Positions 37,958-47,419 of a stretch of 64,000 bases of DNA are shown here, piece after piece. Position numbers and translations under genes: made by a program. The notes beneath the pieces are model-generated. The model did no database searches. It saw only the letters and a program-made list of their open reading frames with translations, and was not told where the DNA came from. Numbering within the stretch: the first letter of the stretch is position 1; the number at the start of each line of letters is the position of its first letter. This DNA is from Longimicrobiales bacterium (GTDB lineage: Bacteria > Gemmatimonadota > Gemmatimonadetes > Longimicrobiales > Gaopeijiaceae), in contig CBDCKN010000015.1 in assembly GCA_965218295.1 (NCBI GenBank), positions 320,001 to 384,000 of the forward strand. Reading direction: 5' to 3'.

Positions 37958-40900
37958 ATGAGCGACGGGCTGAAGAGACGCGAGTTCCTGAAGGTTCTGG
38001 GCGTCAGCGGAGCGGGTGCCGGCGTGGTGGGCTGCTCGACAGAGAGCGTCGAGCGCCTGATTCCGTACGTGGTTCCCCCCGAAGAGATCACCCCTGGCGT
38101 CGCCACGTGGTACACGTCGGTGTGTGGCGAATGTGAGGCGGGATGCGGGATTTGGGTCCGCACCATGGAAGGCCGCGTCGTGAAGGTCGAGGGGAATCCC
38201 GACCATCCCGTCTCGGGCGGGGCCCTCTGCTCCAGAGGACACTCGAGCATCCAGGGGCTCTACAATCCCGACCGCTTCACGGGGCCCATGATTCGACAGA
38301 ATGGCCGGCTCCAGCCCATCTCGTGGGACGAGGCGGAGCAGATGCTGGCGGACCGTATTTCGTCAGAGGGACAGCATCTCCTGCTTACAGGATTCGCCGG
38401 GCCCTCGTTGATGGCGCTCTTCGAGGAGTTCGCCGGAGCCACAGGCGGCGGAGTCGTCCGCTACGACACGCTGGCCGAGGCGCCACTTCGCGAGGCCGGC
38501 CGGATCGCCTTCAGGGCCAACGTGGTGCCCTGGTACGATATCGGAGAGGCTCGCCTCCTGGTCTCGTTCGGTGCCGACTTCCTCGAGAGCTGGCTCTCGC
38601 CCGTGCGGGACGCGCGGGGCTTCGCTCGCATGAGCGGGGTGGATGAGCAGGGCAGGAAGGGGCGCTTCGTCTTCATCGGCTCCCGGCTCTCTCTGACGGG
38701 CCAGAACGCCGACGAGTGGCTTCCTATCCAGCCGGGAAGCGAGGCACTCGTGGCGCTCGCCATGGCGAACGTCATCTCCGGAGCCGGCGCTGGCGCCGGC
38801 CCATATAGAGACATCGTCAACGCCTACACCCCCGAGAACGTCGCGGACGCCACCGGTATCTCGGCCGAGAGCATCCGCGAGCTGGCCCTCCGGTTTTCCG
38901 AGGCGGAGCCTAGCCTGGCTCTGGGCCCGGGTGTCGCAGGACAACACCGGAACGCCACGGCCGCTAACCTGGCCGTGACCGTTCTCAATGCCGTAGCCGG
39001 CAACGTGGGCAGGACGGTGCACTACAACACGCCCCAGCTAAACGCCCCCGCCTTCGGCTATGCGGGAGTGCAGCGGATCATGCAGCTGATCGGCCGGGGA
39101 GCCATAGGGACGTTGCTGGTCCACGACAGCAATCCGATGTACTCGCTGCCGGCGTCGTCGGGCTTTCGACAGGCTCTCGAGAGCGTGCCCTTCAAGGTGT
39201 CCTTCGCGTCGGCTCCCGACGAGACGGCGGCCCTTGCCGACCTGATCCTCCCGGACCGGCACTTCCTGGAGTCCTGGGGCGATTCGGCCATCCGACCAGG
39301 CCTTTGGGCGCTGCAGCAGCCGGCCATGCAGCCTGTGCCCCACTTCGACTCCAGACCGACGGGGGACGTGCTCCTCTCGGTCGCCGCACACATGGGGCGG
39401 GACCTCGGCTCGGCCACCCTCTATGACCGGCTGCGCACGCGTTGGCAGGCCGTCGCCGCTTCGGCGGGAGCCACCGACTCTGATGCATTCTGGCACGAGG
39501 CGCTGAAGTCTGGGGTGGTGAATATCGGATCCGGCCTTGCTGGCGTGTCACAAACGCTCCGGCAGCCAGATCGCGCGCTGGTCTTCGATCCGCCGGACTT
39601 CGACGGCCGTGGCGACCTGCACCTGATGGTGTATCCGTCGTCGCGCTTCGGGGATGGAGCCCTGAACTCCAACCGGCCGTGGCTGCACGAGCTGCCCGAT
39701 CCCGTCAGCAAGATCACCTGGCACTCCTGGGTGGAGATGCACCCGAGCCGCGCCGAGTCCATGGGGCTCAAGGACGGTGACCTGGTGATCCTCTCCACGG
39801 ACCACGGCCGCGTGGAAGTGCCGGTTTGGATCTACCCGGGCATCCGCGAGAACGTGGTGGCCGTACCCATGGGAGGGGGCCACGACCGTGCCGGGCGCTT
39901 CAGCGACGGAAACGGCGTGAATCCCCTCGACTTGCTGCCGACCGAAGCCGAAGCGCTGTCGGGCGGTCTGGTTCACTTCGCCACCAAGGTCCTGGTGACG
40001 CCCACCGGCCGGCGCAGGCCCTTGGCCTCCATCGCGGGCTCGGACTCGCAGAGCAATCGTCCCATCACTCCGGCGGTGGCTCTGAGCGCGCTGGCCGGCG
40101 AGGCCGAGCAGGCCGAGGAAGGGGACGCGCACGGTCCGCTGAAGGAGCTGCAGGGGGTCGGTGGCTTCGTTCCGGTCGAGACCGAGGGCCGTCCCGAGGA
40201 TTTCCCTCTGGAGGGAGCCCGGCACGGCGAGTACGGTGATCCGGAGGAACCTCGGTGGGCCATGACCATCGACCTCGACAAGTGCACGGGGTGTAGCGCT
40301 TGCGTGACGGCGTGTCAGTCCGAAAACAACGTGGCATGGGTCGGAGAGAATCAGGTGACCATGGGCCGCGACATGGGGTGGATCCGCCTGGAGCGCTACT
40401 ACGAGGCCGTGGACGCGAGTCACGCCGGACCGTTGGACGTGCGCTTCCTGCCCATGATCTGCCAGCACTGCGGCAACGCGCCGTGCGAGCCCGTCTGCCC
40501 CGTCTTCGCTACGTACCACACGCCGGACGGGATCAACACCCAGGTCTACAACCGCTGCGTCGGAACCCGGTACTGTCTGAACAACTGCCCCTACAAGGTC
40601 CGGGTCTTCAACTGGTACACCTACACGGATGAAGAGCCGGTGCGGGAGGGCCTGGGACACGCTCCGGAGCCTCTCAACTGGGCGTTCAACCCGGATGTGA
40701 CGGTGCGCGAGAACGGCATCATGGAGAAGTGCTCCTTCTGCATCCATCGTATCCGCAATGTGCAGAACCGGGTGGCCGTCGAGGGAAGCACCCTGCGGGA
40801 CGGCGATGTCATCCCGGCCTGTCAACAGAGCTGTCCGGCCGAGGCCATCGTCTTCGGCAACATCCGTGATCCTCGCTCCCGGGTGGCCCAGTCGGTCCAG

Positions 40901-41005
40901 AGCGAGAGGGTCTATCGAGTGCTGGACGAGATGCTCAACACCCAACCAGCGGTGAGCTACTTGAAGAAGGTGACGTTCCACGACGTGGAATCGAGAGAGC
41001 ACTGA
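37958..41005 (+). CDS. actB: Alternative complex III subunit B (molybdopterin-oxidoreductase-like domain fused to Fe-S domain)
   Basis: Tat/lipoprotein leader RREFLK...GC; CTGCSACVTAC, CQHCGNAPCEPVCP, CVGTRYCLNNCP, CSFC...CQQSCP. Confidence 0.92.
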   Translation: MSDGLKRREFLKVLGVSGAGAGVVGCSTESVERLIPYVVPPEEITPGVATWYTSVCGECEAGCGIWVRTMEGRVVKVEGNPDHPVSGGALCSRGHSSIQGLYNPDRFTGPMIRQNGRLQPISWDEAEQMLADRISSEGQHLLLTGFAGPSLMALFEEFAGATGGGVVRYDTLAEAPLREAGRIAFRANVVPWYDIGEARLLVSFGADFLESWLSPVRDARGFARMSGVDEQGRKGRFVFIGSRLSLTGQNADEWLPIQPGSEALVALAMANVISGAGAGAGPYRDIVNAYTPENVADATGISAESIRELALRFSEAEPSLALGPGVAGQHRNATAANLAVTVLNAVAGNVGRTVHYNTPQLNAPAFGYAGVQRIMQLIGRGAIGTLLVHDSNPMYSLPASSGFRQALESVPFKVSFASAPDETAALADLILPDRHFLESWGDSAIRPGLWALQQPAMQPVPHFDSRPTGDVLLSVAAHMGRDLGSATLYDRLRTRWQAVAASAGATDSDAFWHEALKSGVVNIGSGLAGVSQTLRQPDRALVFDPPDFDGRGDLHLMVYPSSRFGDGALNSNRPWLHELPDPVSKITWHSWVEMHPSRAESMGLKDGDLVILSTDHGRVEVPVWIYPGIRENVVAVPMGGGHDRAGRFSDGNGVNPLDLLPTEAEALSGGLVHFATKVLVTPTGRRRPLASIAGSDSQSNRPITPAVALSALAGEAEQAEEGDAHGPLKELQGVGGFVPVETEGRPEDFPLEGARHGEYGDPEEPRWAMTIDLDKCTGCSACVTACQSENNVAWVGENQVTMGRDMGWIRLERYYEAVDASHAGPLDVRFLPMICQHCGNAPCEPVCPVFATYHTPDGINTQVYNRCVGTRYCLNNCPYKVRVFNWYTYTDEEPVREGLGHAPEPLNWAFNPDVTVRENGIMEKCSFCIHRIRNVQNRVAVEGSTLRDGDVIPACQQSCPAEAIVFGNIRDPRSRVAQSVQSERVYRVLDEMLNTQPAVSYLKKVTFHDVESREH

Positions 41006-42396
41006 TGGCCACGGCGACCGAACAGCCGAGGGGCGCGCTACCCCATCCGGATGTCCATCGCCTCGACGAGGTCAACCGGGATGTCCTGAGGGCGCTGGAG
41101 CGACCAGGACTGGGCTGGTGGCTACTCTTCGGCGTGGCCGTCGCCGGACTCGGGGTCTTCTTCGGGTCCTGGGGCATCCAGCTGTGGAAGGGGGTCGGAG
41201 TCAGTGGACTCACGAGTCCGGTGGGCTGGGGTGTCTACATCACCTCCTTCGTGTTCTGGGTGGGGATCGCCCACTCGGGCACACTGATCTCGGCCATCCT
41301 CTTCCTCTTCCGGGCGCCGTGGCGTCAGTCCATCTACCGTACTGCCGAGGCCATGACCGTGTTTGCTGTCATGACCGCGGGGCTGTTCCCACTCATCCAC
41401 ATGGGACGCGTCTGGCATGGATATTGGATGATTCCGTATCCGAACAGCCGCTTCCTGTGGCCCAACTTCCGCTCGCCCCTGGTCTGGGACGTCTTCGCCG
41501 TGACCACGTACTTCACGGTCTCGGCGGTCTTCTTCTACCTGGGGACGATACCCGACCTGTCCGCCGCCCGGGATGCGGCGACGGGTGTGAGGAAGAAGCT
41601 CTACCAGGTCATATCCCTGGGGTGGCGCGGCACGGACCGTGAATGGCACCACTTCGGCAAGGCATACATCTTTCTGGCCGCCCTGGCCACGCCCCTGGTC
41701 CTGTCCGTCCACTCCGTGGTTTCCTGGGACTTCGCCGTGGCGATCGTGCCGGGGTGGCACACCACCATCTTCGCTCCCTATTTCGTCGCAGGCGCCATCT
41801 TCTCGGGCGTCGCCTTGGTGATCACCCTCACGGTTCCCCTCAGGAAGGTCTTCGGCCTCGAGGCGTACCTCACGACCAAGCACTACGACGCCATGGCGAA
41901 GCTCTGCCTGTTCACGTCGATGATCGTGCTCTACGCCTACCTCGCCGAGTCCTTCATGGCGTGGTACAGCGGTGAGGAAGTGGAGCGGGCGGCCGCCTGG
42001 GCCAGATTCTTCGGTCACTACTGGTGGGCCGCCTGGATCATGTTGGTGTGCAACGGGATGGTGCCCGTCATGCTCTGGTTCAAGCGCGTGAGGTACTCGA
42101 TACCCGCCCTGTTCGCGATTTCGATCTTCATCAACATCGGAATGTGGTTCGAGCGCTATGTGATCATCGTCACGGGGCTCCACCACGAGTACGAGCCCTT
42201 CGCGTGGGGCGTCTATAGACCCTCGCTCGTCGAGATGGGGATCGGGTTGGGGAGCTTCGCCTGGTTCGGCTTCTGGTTCCTCCTCTTCACGCGGTTGCTA
42301 CCGCCAGTGGCCATCGCCGAGCTGAAGGAGGTGCTGCCCACGCCCATGCGTAGTGCCGGACTGGCTCACGCTGGTGGGGAAGGGGGTGAGCCATGA
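41005..42396 (+). CDS. actC: Alternative complex III subunit C (NrfD/PsrC family)
   Basis: FVFWVGIAHSGTLISAIL, NFRSPLVWDV, SVHSVVSWDFA, GWHTTIFAPYF. Confidence 0.93.
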   Translation: MATATEQPRGALPHPDVHRLDEVNRDVLRALERPGLGWWLLFGVAVAGLGVFFGSWGIQLWKGVGVSGLTSPVGWGVYITSFVFWVGIAHSGTLISAILFLFRAPWRQSIYRTAEAMTVFAVMTAGLFPLIHMGRVWHGYWMIPYPNSRFLWPNFRSPLVWDVFAVTTYFTVSAVFFYLGTIPDLSAARDAATGVRKKLYQVISLGWRGTDREWHHFGKAYIFLAALATPLVLSVHSVVSWDFAVAIVPGWHTTIFAPYFVAGAIFSGVALVITLTVPLRKVFGLEAYLTTKHYDAMAKLCLFTSMIVLYAYLAESFMAWYSGEEVERAAAWARFFGHYWWAAWIMLVCNGMVPVMLWFKRVRYSIPALFAISIFINIGMWFERYVIIVTGLHHEYEPFAWGVYRPSLVEMGIGLGSFAWFGFWFLLFTRLLPPVAIAELKEVLPTPMRSAGLAHAGGEGGEP

Positions 42397-42923
42397 GCGC
42401 CACGACCGGCCTTCTGGCCTCTTACGAGTACGTGGACTCCGTGGTGAACGCCATCGAGAAGCTGAGGGCGTCGGGGCTCAAGAAGATCACCGCCTACATG
42501 CCCTATCCCGACCTTCACATCGAGGCGGCTCTCGGTTACGACCAGAGCCCCGTGCGGGTCTGGACGCTCGCCGGAGGACTCTGCGGCGCGGCAGGAGGAT
42601 TCGCCCTCACGTCGTTCACGTCCATGGATTGGCCACTCGTCACGGGTGGCAAGCCGATCCTCTCCATACCGGCGTACATTATCATCGCATTCGAGATGGC
42701 GGTGCTGTTCGGAGTTCTGGCCACCGTGATCGGCCTCTTCATCAACAGCCGTCTTCCTTACGTGAAGCCCATGGTGGTCTACGATCCGGAGTTCAGCGCC
42801 GGCCGATTCGGTGTCTATGTGACCGCCCCTCCGGACCGATTGGACGAGGCCCGCCGAATACTGCAGGAGCAGGATCCGGTCGAGCTGCGGGAAGATCCCG
42901 CGGGGGTGGCCCATGCTTCGTAA
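42393..42923 (+). CDS. actD: Alternative complex III subunit D (DUF3341)
   Basis: YMPYP, WPLVTGGKP, IIAFEMAVL, operon position. Confidence 0.88.
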   Translation: MSATTGLLASYEYVDSVVNAIEKLRASGLKKITAYMPYPDLHIEAALGYDQSPVRVWTLAGGLCGAAGGFALTSFTSMDWPLVTGGKPILSIPAYIIIAFEMAVLFGVLATVIGLFINSRLPYVKPMVVYDPEFSAGRFGVYVTAPPDRLDEARRILQEQDPVELREDPAGVAHAS

Positions 42924-43533
42924 AGCGCGCCTCAGCGTGGTTCTGGCTCTGCTCGCGGCGACGAGCGCCTGCACGCCTCTCGACAACGTCATGGCGAGCA
43001 TCTTCGGTCGCCACATGCGGGACTCCAGATCCTTCGACCCCTACGAGAACACGCTCGCTCCTCCGCCGAACAGCGTGCCCTTCGCGGCCGGCAACATTAC
43101 TCCCGGGCCGGGCCAGCTGAATACCGGCCAGCCCGTGAGGGGCTTCAACGCCCCGCCCTTCACCCAGGCGGATCTCTTCCAGCCCGTGGTGCAAGCGCTG
43201 CCCAATCCGGTCGCGCCCGACGAGGCCTCGCTTGCCCGTGGTGAGGTGTTGTTCAATCGCATCTGCGCCGTGTGCCACGGCGCGGCCGGTGTCGGCGCCC
43301 AGGCCAACATCATCGAGAAGTACCCGCTCCTGATGGCGTTCAACCTGTCCGGACCCGTAGTGGCGGGCTACAGCGACGGGTACATCTATGGGATCATGCG
43401 CGTGGGCCGCGGCCTCATGCCGCCGTATGGACACCAGATCAGCCACTTCGATCGCTGGAACATCGTGAACTACGTCCGTGTGTTGCAGCGTCAGGCCGGA
43501 AACGAGCCGGCCGTGGCCGGGGGGGAGGACTAG
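42913..43533 (+). CDS. actE: Alternative complex III monoheme cytochrome c lipoprotein
   Basis: Lipobox TSAC, CAVCHG, GRGLMPPY, DRWNIVNYVR. Confidence 0.88.
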   Translation: MLRKARLSVVLALLAATSACTPLDNVMASIFGRHMRDSRSFDPYENTLAPPPNSVPFAAGNITPGPGQLNTGQPVRGFNAPPFTQADLFQPVVQALPNPVAPDEASLARGEVLFNRICAVCHGAAGVGAQANIIEKYPLLMAFNLSGPVVAGYSDGYIYGIMRVGRGLMPPYGHQISHFDRWNIVNYVRVLQRQAGNEPAVAGGED

Positions 43534-43536
43534 GCC

Positions 43537-44841
43537 ATGAGCCACATCCACGTCCCCTCCGAGATTCCGGTCCGCTATCTGCCTCGCTCCAAGAACGCGG
43601 ACATGCTCTTCGTGGGCATGTTCGTCGTGGGGTTGGCGGGCTTCATTTTCGCCCTGGGCAACGACGCCGACCGGGCCTGGCAGTCCTACGTCTCCAATTG
43701 GCTCTTCTTCACGAACGTGGCCATGGGGGCGATGCTCTTCACCGTGGCGACCTGGATAACCAAGTCGAAGTGGAACTGGTCGGTCCGGCGGGTGAGCCTC
43801 TCCTTCGTGGCGTTCCTTCCCATCTCCTTCGTCATGCTTCTGCCCATGCTGGGGCTCGGGGAGTCGTTCTTCCCCTGGATTGCGGAGATGGCCCACGATC
43901 CCATCCTCCAGAAGAAGGCGGCATACCTCAACATGCCGTTCCTGGTGACGCGGAACGTGGTGGGGGTGGTGGTCCTCTTCGGGGCTTCGCTGTACTTCGC
44001 CTACATGGCGCTCCGCCCCGACATGGGACTGGCCAAGGACAACGGTGACTCCGATCCGGGCCGAGCGGCTTGGCGGGAGCGTCTCACGCAGGGCTGGAGG
44101 GGCCAGGAGGCCGAGGAGGTCCACTCCTATCGGCGCATGACCAAGCTCGGTCCGGCCTTCGTGATTCTCTACGTCGTGGTGATGAGCATCCTCGCGTACG
44201 ACTGGGTCATGTCCCTCGAGCCGCACTGGTTCTCCACCATGATGGGCCCGTGGTTCTTCATGGGCGCGTTCTGGAGTGGCATGGCCGCGACCGCCTGCTT
44301 GGTCACGCTGCTCAAGCGGGACCAACGGTTCGACAAGGCCATGGGGCGGCAGCAGCTCCACGACCTCGGAAAACTGACCTTCGCCTTCTCCATCTTCTGG
44401 GCCTATCTGTTCTTCGCCCAATACCTGGTGATCTGGTACGGGAAGCTTCCGTGGGAGCAGGCCTGGATCATCCACCGGGCCGAGGAGCCCTGGGGACGGC
44501 TGTCGGCCATGGTAGTCGTGATGTGCTTCGTCGTGCCCTTCGCGTTTCTCATGGGGCGGAAGCCCAAGATGAATCCGGCGTTCTTGCGGACCGTCACGTT
44601 CGTCATCTTGGGGGGTCTCTGGCTCGAGAAGCATCTCATGGTGGCACCGTCCATCCGGGACCACGGCACGCCTCCCATCGGAGCGACCGAATTCCTGATC
44701 GCGCTCATGTTCCTCGGGCTGTTTCTCTACGCAGTGCGGTGGTTCCTCTCGACCTTCCCGGTGATCCAGGTCTGGCAGCCCATGGTGGATCCGGAGACTC
44801 TCGAGGTCGAGGTCCTGGGGGAGGGCGCATCGGTGGGTTGA
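43537..44841 (+). CDS. actF: Alternative complex III subunit F
   Basis: Polytopic membrane protein; DWVMSLEPHWFST, HDLGKL, QYLVIWYG. Confidence 0.9.
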   Translation: MSHIHVPSEIPVRYLPRSKNADMLFVGMFVVGLAGFIFALGNDADRAWQSYVSNWLFFTNVAMGAMLFTVATWITKSKWNWSVRRVSLSFVAFLPISFVMLLPMLGLGESFFPWIAEMAHDPILQKKAAYLNMPFLVTRNVVGVVVLFGASLYFAYMALRPDMGLAKDNGDSDPGRAAWRERLTQGWRGQEAEEVHSYRRMTKLGPAFVILYVVVMSILAYDWVMSLEPHWFSTMMGPWFFMGAFWSGMAATACLVTLLKRDQRFDKAMGRQQLHDLGKLTFAFSIFWAYLFFAQYLVIWYGKLPWEQAWIIHRAEEPWGRLSAMVVVMCFVVPFAFLMGRKPKMNPAFLRTVTFVILGGLWLEKHLMVAPSIRDHGTPPIGATEFLIALMFLGLFLYAVRWFLSTFPVIQVWQPMVDPETLEVEVLGEGASVG

Positions 44842-44865
44842 CAGCGGGTGTCATCCCGACCGGGC

Positions 44866-46356
44866 TCAGGTACGCCTCGGGCGGTCCTTGTTCTCGTACA
44901 TGTGCCGGTCGGCGGCCTGAATGAGCTCCTCGACCCCGATCATCTGGTTCGCCTCGAAGTGGGCCATGCCGGCGCTCACGGTCACCCCATGCGGCGCCAG
45001 AACGCGGTCCGCTCGGATCCGCTGCTCCACCCGTGCGAGATAACCCCGGGCGCCCTCTTCGTCGCTCTCGGAGAGGACGGACACGAACTCGTCGCCGCCG
45101 TATCGGGCCACGAGGTTCATGGCCCGGTTCTCGTCGGCCAGGACGCGTCCGAATGCCTTGAGGATCTGATCACCCACCAGGTGACCCAGGGTGTCGTTGT
45201 AGTGCTTGAACTCGTCCAGGTCGAAGAGCACTAGGACGAGACGCCGGCCCCTTCGCGCGGCGGCCACCTCTCGCTCCAGGTGGAGCTGGAGGTGCCTCCG
45301 GTTTGGGAGACCCGTCAACACGTCCGTGAGGGAGAGGGCCTGGATGCTCGCGTGAAGCTCGGCGTTGTCCAGCGCGACGGATGCCTGACCAGCCAGACGG
45401 GTGAGCAGTCCAATATCGTACTCGGAGAAGCCCCTGGGCTGCTTCGACCCGGCCGCCAGGGCGCCGGCGACGCGTTCTCCGATCACCAAGGGGACGGCTA
45501 CTCCGCTCCCGCTCTCCAGGAACTCCCTCATGTGCTCCGGAACGAGGGGACTTGCTGCCAGATCGTCGATCACGAACGGCTTGCCCTTATTCACCAGGGT
45601 CTCGTACAGCGGGCCTTCGAGATCCCAGGTGGCGCCCACGGGAACCTGGATGGGGCCTACCGAGGCTCTCACGGTCGCGAGAGTGTGCTCGAAGGTCCAA
45701 ACGCCGGCACCATCGACGTCCAATAGGTCAATGCCAGCCGAGGAGACCCGGCCCAGGACCTCTTCGAAGTCGAGAGAGCTGGTGAGGGCCCGCCCGATCT
45801 CCTCAAGCTTTTCCGCCTCGCGGGAGCGCCGATCCAGCTCGGCCACATGTCGTGCGTTCTCGATGGTCGCCGCCGCCAGATCTGCGATCCCTTCCAGGAG
45901 CTCCAGGTCCTCTGACCCGTATGCGTTGGGACGATAGCTCTGGGTGCTGAGAGCACCCCGGACCTCGCCCTTGTAGATGAGGGGAGCAGAGATGGCGGAC
46001 CGCGTGATCTCGGTCTCCTCTTCGCCCAGGAGCATGACGGACTGGGCGCTCAGCCGGTCTTCGACGGTGGTCGACTTTCCGGTACGGATCACCTCGCTGT
46101 CCGAGCCCTTGTAGGTGATGTCACACTGGCTCTCCTCGCCTCGGTCGGCATAGAAGACCACCGTGGCGAGATCCGCCTCCGCGTCGTACAGGGAGATGTA
46201 GAATCCGGCCGCCTCCACGACCCTTGCCGTCTCCCTGTAGATGGCCCGAAAAAGCTCTTCGGGACTCAGGGTGCCGGTCAGGGTACGGCCGATATCGAGC
46301 AGAACGCGATAGCGGTCGGCCAGAGGCGCACGAATACTCGTCTCGGCAGAGTGCAT
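44866..46356 (-). CDS. GAF-GAF-GGDEF diguanylate cyclase
   Basis: Two GAF-like repeats, TDVLTGLPNRR, DLDEFKHYND, ARYGGDEF. Confidence 0.92.
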   Translation of the reverse strand: MHSAETSIRAPLADRYRVLLDIGRTLTGTLSPEELFRAIYRETARVVEAAGFYISLYDAEADLATVVFYADRGEESQCDITYKGSDSEVIRTGKSTTVEDRLSAQSVMLLGEEETEITRSAISAPLIYKGEVRGALSTQSYRPNAYGSEDLELLEGIADLAAATIENARHVAELDRRSREAEKLEEIGRALTSSLDFEEVLGRVSSAGIDLLDVDGAGVWTFEHTLATVRASVGPIQVPVGATWDLEGPLYETLVNKGKPFVIDDLAASPLVPEHMREFLESGSGVAVPLVIGERVAGALAAGSKQPRGFSEYDIGLLTRLAGQASVALDNAELHASIQALSLTDVLTGLPNRRHLQLHLEREVAAARRGRRLVLVLFDLDEFKHYNDTLGHLVGDQILKAFGRVLADENRAMNLVARYGGDEFVSVLSESDEEGARGYLARVEQRIRADRVLAPHGVTVSAGMAHFEANQMIGVEELIQAADRHMYENKDRPRRT

Positions 46357-46447
46357 GCAGAGTCCATTAAGGCCGCGATGGGATCGCGGCAGATTCACTT
46401 AATCTCAACTATATGAGTCGCAGTCGTGAGGTACAACAAAAAAATGG

Positions 46448-47212
46448 CTAACTGGTTGGATCATTAGGGGTTTCGGCCCTGTCGAAATATCGTTGCATCT
46501 CGTAGCCGATGGCTCTCACGAGACGCACCTCTCGGAGGTCAGGCTCTGCCCGCGAGAGAAGGGTCCGAAGCGTCCGGAGCACCCCCTCGGGGTGCCGGTC
46601 TCCCTTGAAGAAGTCGATCCGGTAGAGCCCCTGCTCCAGGGCCGTATACATCTGTTCCAGGTCCGCGTGGGTGGCCGGACCCGCATCCCGCTTGTATCCC
46701 GGAAGGGGAGCCTCGTCGGTGGCTGCCAGGTAGATCTCGTAGCAGAGTACCAGGCAGGCCTGGGCCAGGTTGAGGCTGGAGTACTCGGCCGACGTGGGTA
46801 CGACGGCGATGGCGTGGCAGAGGTCCAGGCCCTCGTTCGTTAGCCCGCGATCCTCCCGGCCGAAGACCAACGCCACGGGGCCTTCGGCGGCCCTCAGCAC
46901 GATGGTGGGCGCCACGGACCGGGGCCGTAGGTAGTTGCGCTGAGCGGTGCGTGGGCGGGCGGTGGTCCCCACGGTGAACACCGTGTCGGCCAGGGCATCG
47001 CGGAGGGTCGGGAACACATCGGCTGACTCCACCAGTTCATCGCTCCGGTGGGCGATGCCGGTGATGCGGCGGACGTCGTACTCTTCGGGGTCCACCAGGC
47101 GGAGCCGCGACAAGCCCATGTTCATCATCACGCGAATGACGCCGGCTATGTTGACGACGTCCTTGGGCTCGTCCAACACAACGACGATGTTATTGAGGGG
47201 TGACATCGCCAT
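46448..47212 (-). CDS. SPOUT RNA methyltransferase, TrmJ/TrmH family
   Basis: NIAGVIRVMMNMG, VGTTAR, LVFGREDRGLTN, SLNLAQA. Confidence 0.9.
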   Translation of the reverse strand: MAMSPLNNIVVVLDEPKDVVNIAGVIRVMMNMGLSRLRLVDPEEYDVRRITGIAHRSDELVESADVFPTLRDALADTVFTVGTTARPRTAQRNYLRPRSVAPTIVLRAAEGPVALVFGREDRGLTNEGLDLCHAIAVVPTSAEYSSLNLAQACLVLCYEIYLAATDEAPLPGYKRDAGPATHADLEQMYTALEQGLYRIDFFKGDRHPEGVLRTLRTLLSRAEPDLREVRLVRAIGYEMQRYFDRAETPNDPTS

Positions 47213-47224
47213 CAGATGGATCGC

Positions 47225-47419
47225 CTACGGGCTGTCGTCGTCCCTGGGCTCCTCCAGAGAGCGGTCGTCGGGTGTATCCTCGCCCCCACGAAGCGCCCCC
47301 TTGAAATTCCTGATACCCTCTCCCAGGCCACGCCCGATCACGGGGATGCGCTTGGCGCCGAAGAAGAACATCACCACCAGGAAGATGAGGACCAGCTCCC
47401 AGACACCGAGGCCCATCAT
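47225..47419 (-). CDS. tatA: Twin-arginine translocase TatA/E
   Basis: MMGLGVWELVLIFLVVMFFFGAKRIPVIGRGLGEGIRNFK; ATGA overlap. Confidence 0.92.
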   Translation of the reverse strand: MMGLGVWELVLIFLVVMFFFGAKRIPVIGRGLGEGIRNFKGALRGGEDTPDDRSLEEPRDDDSP

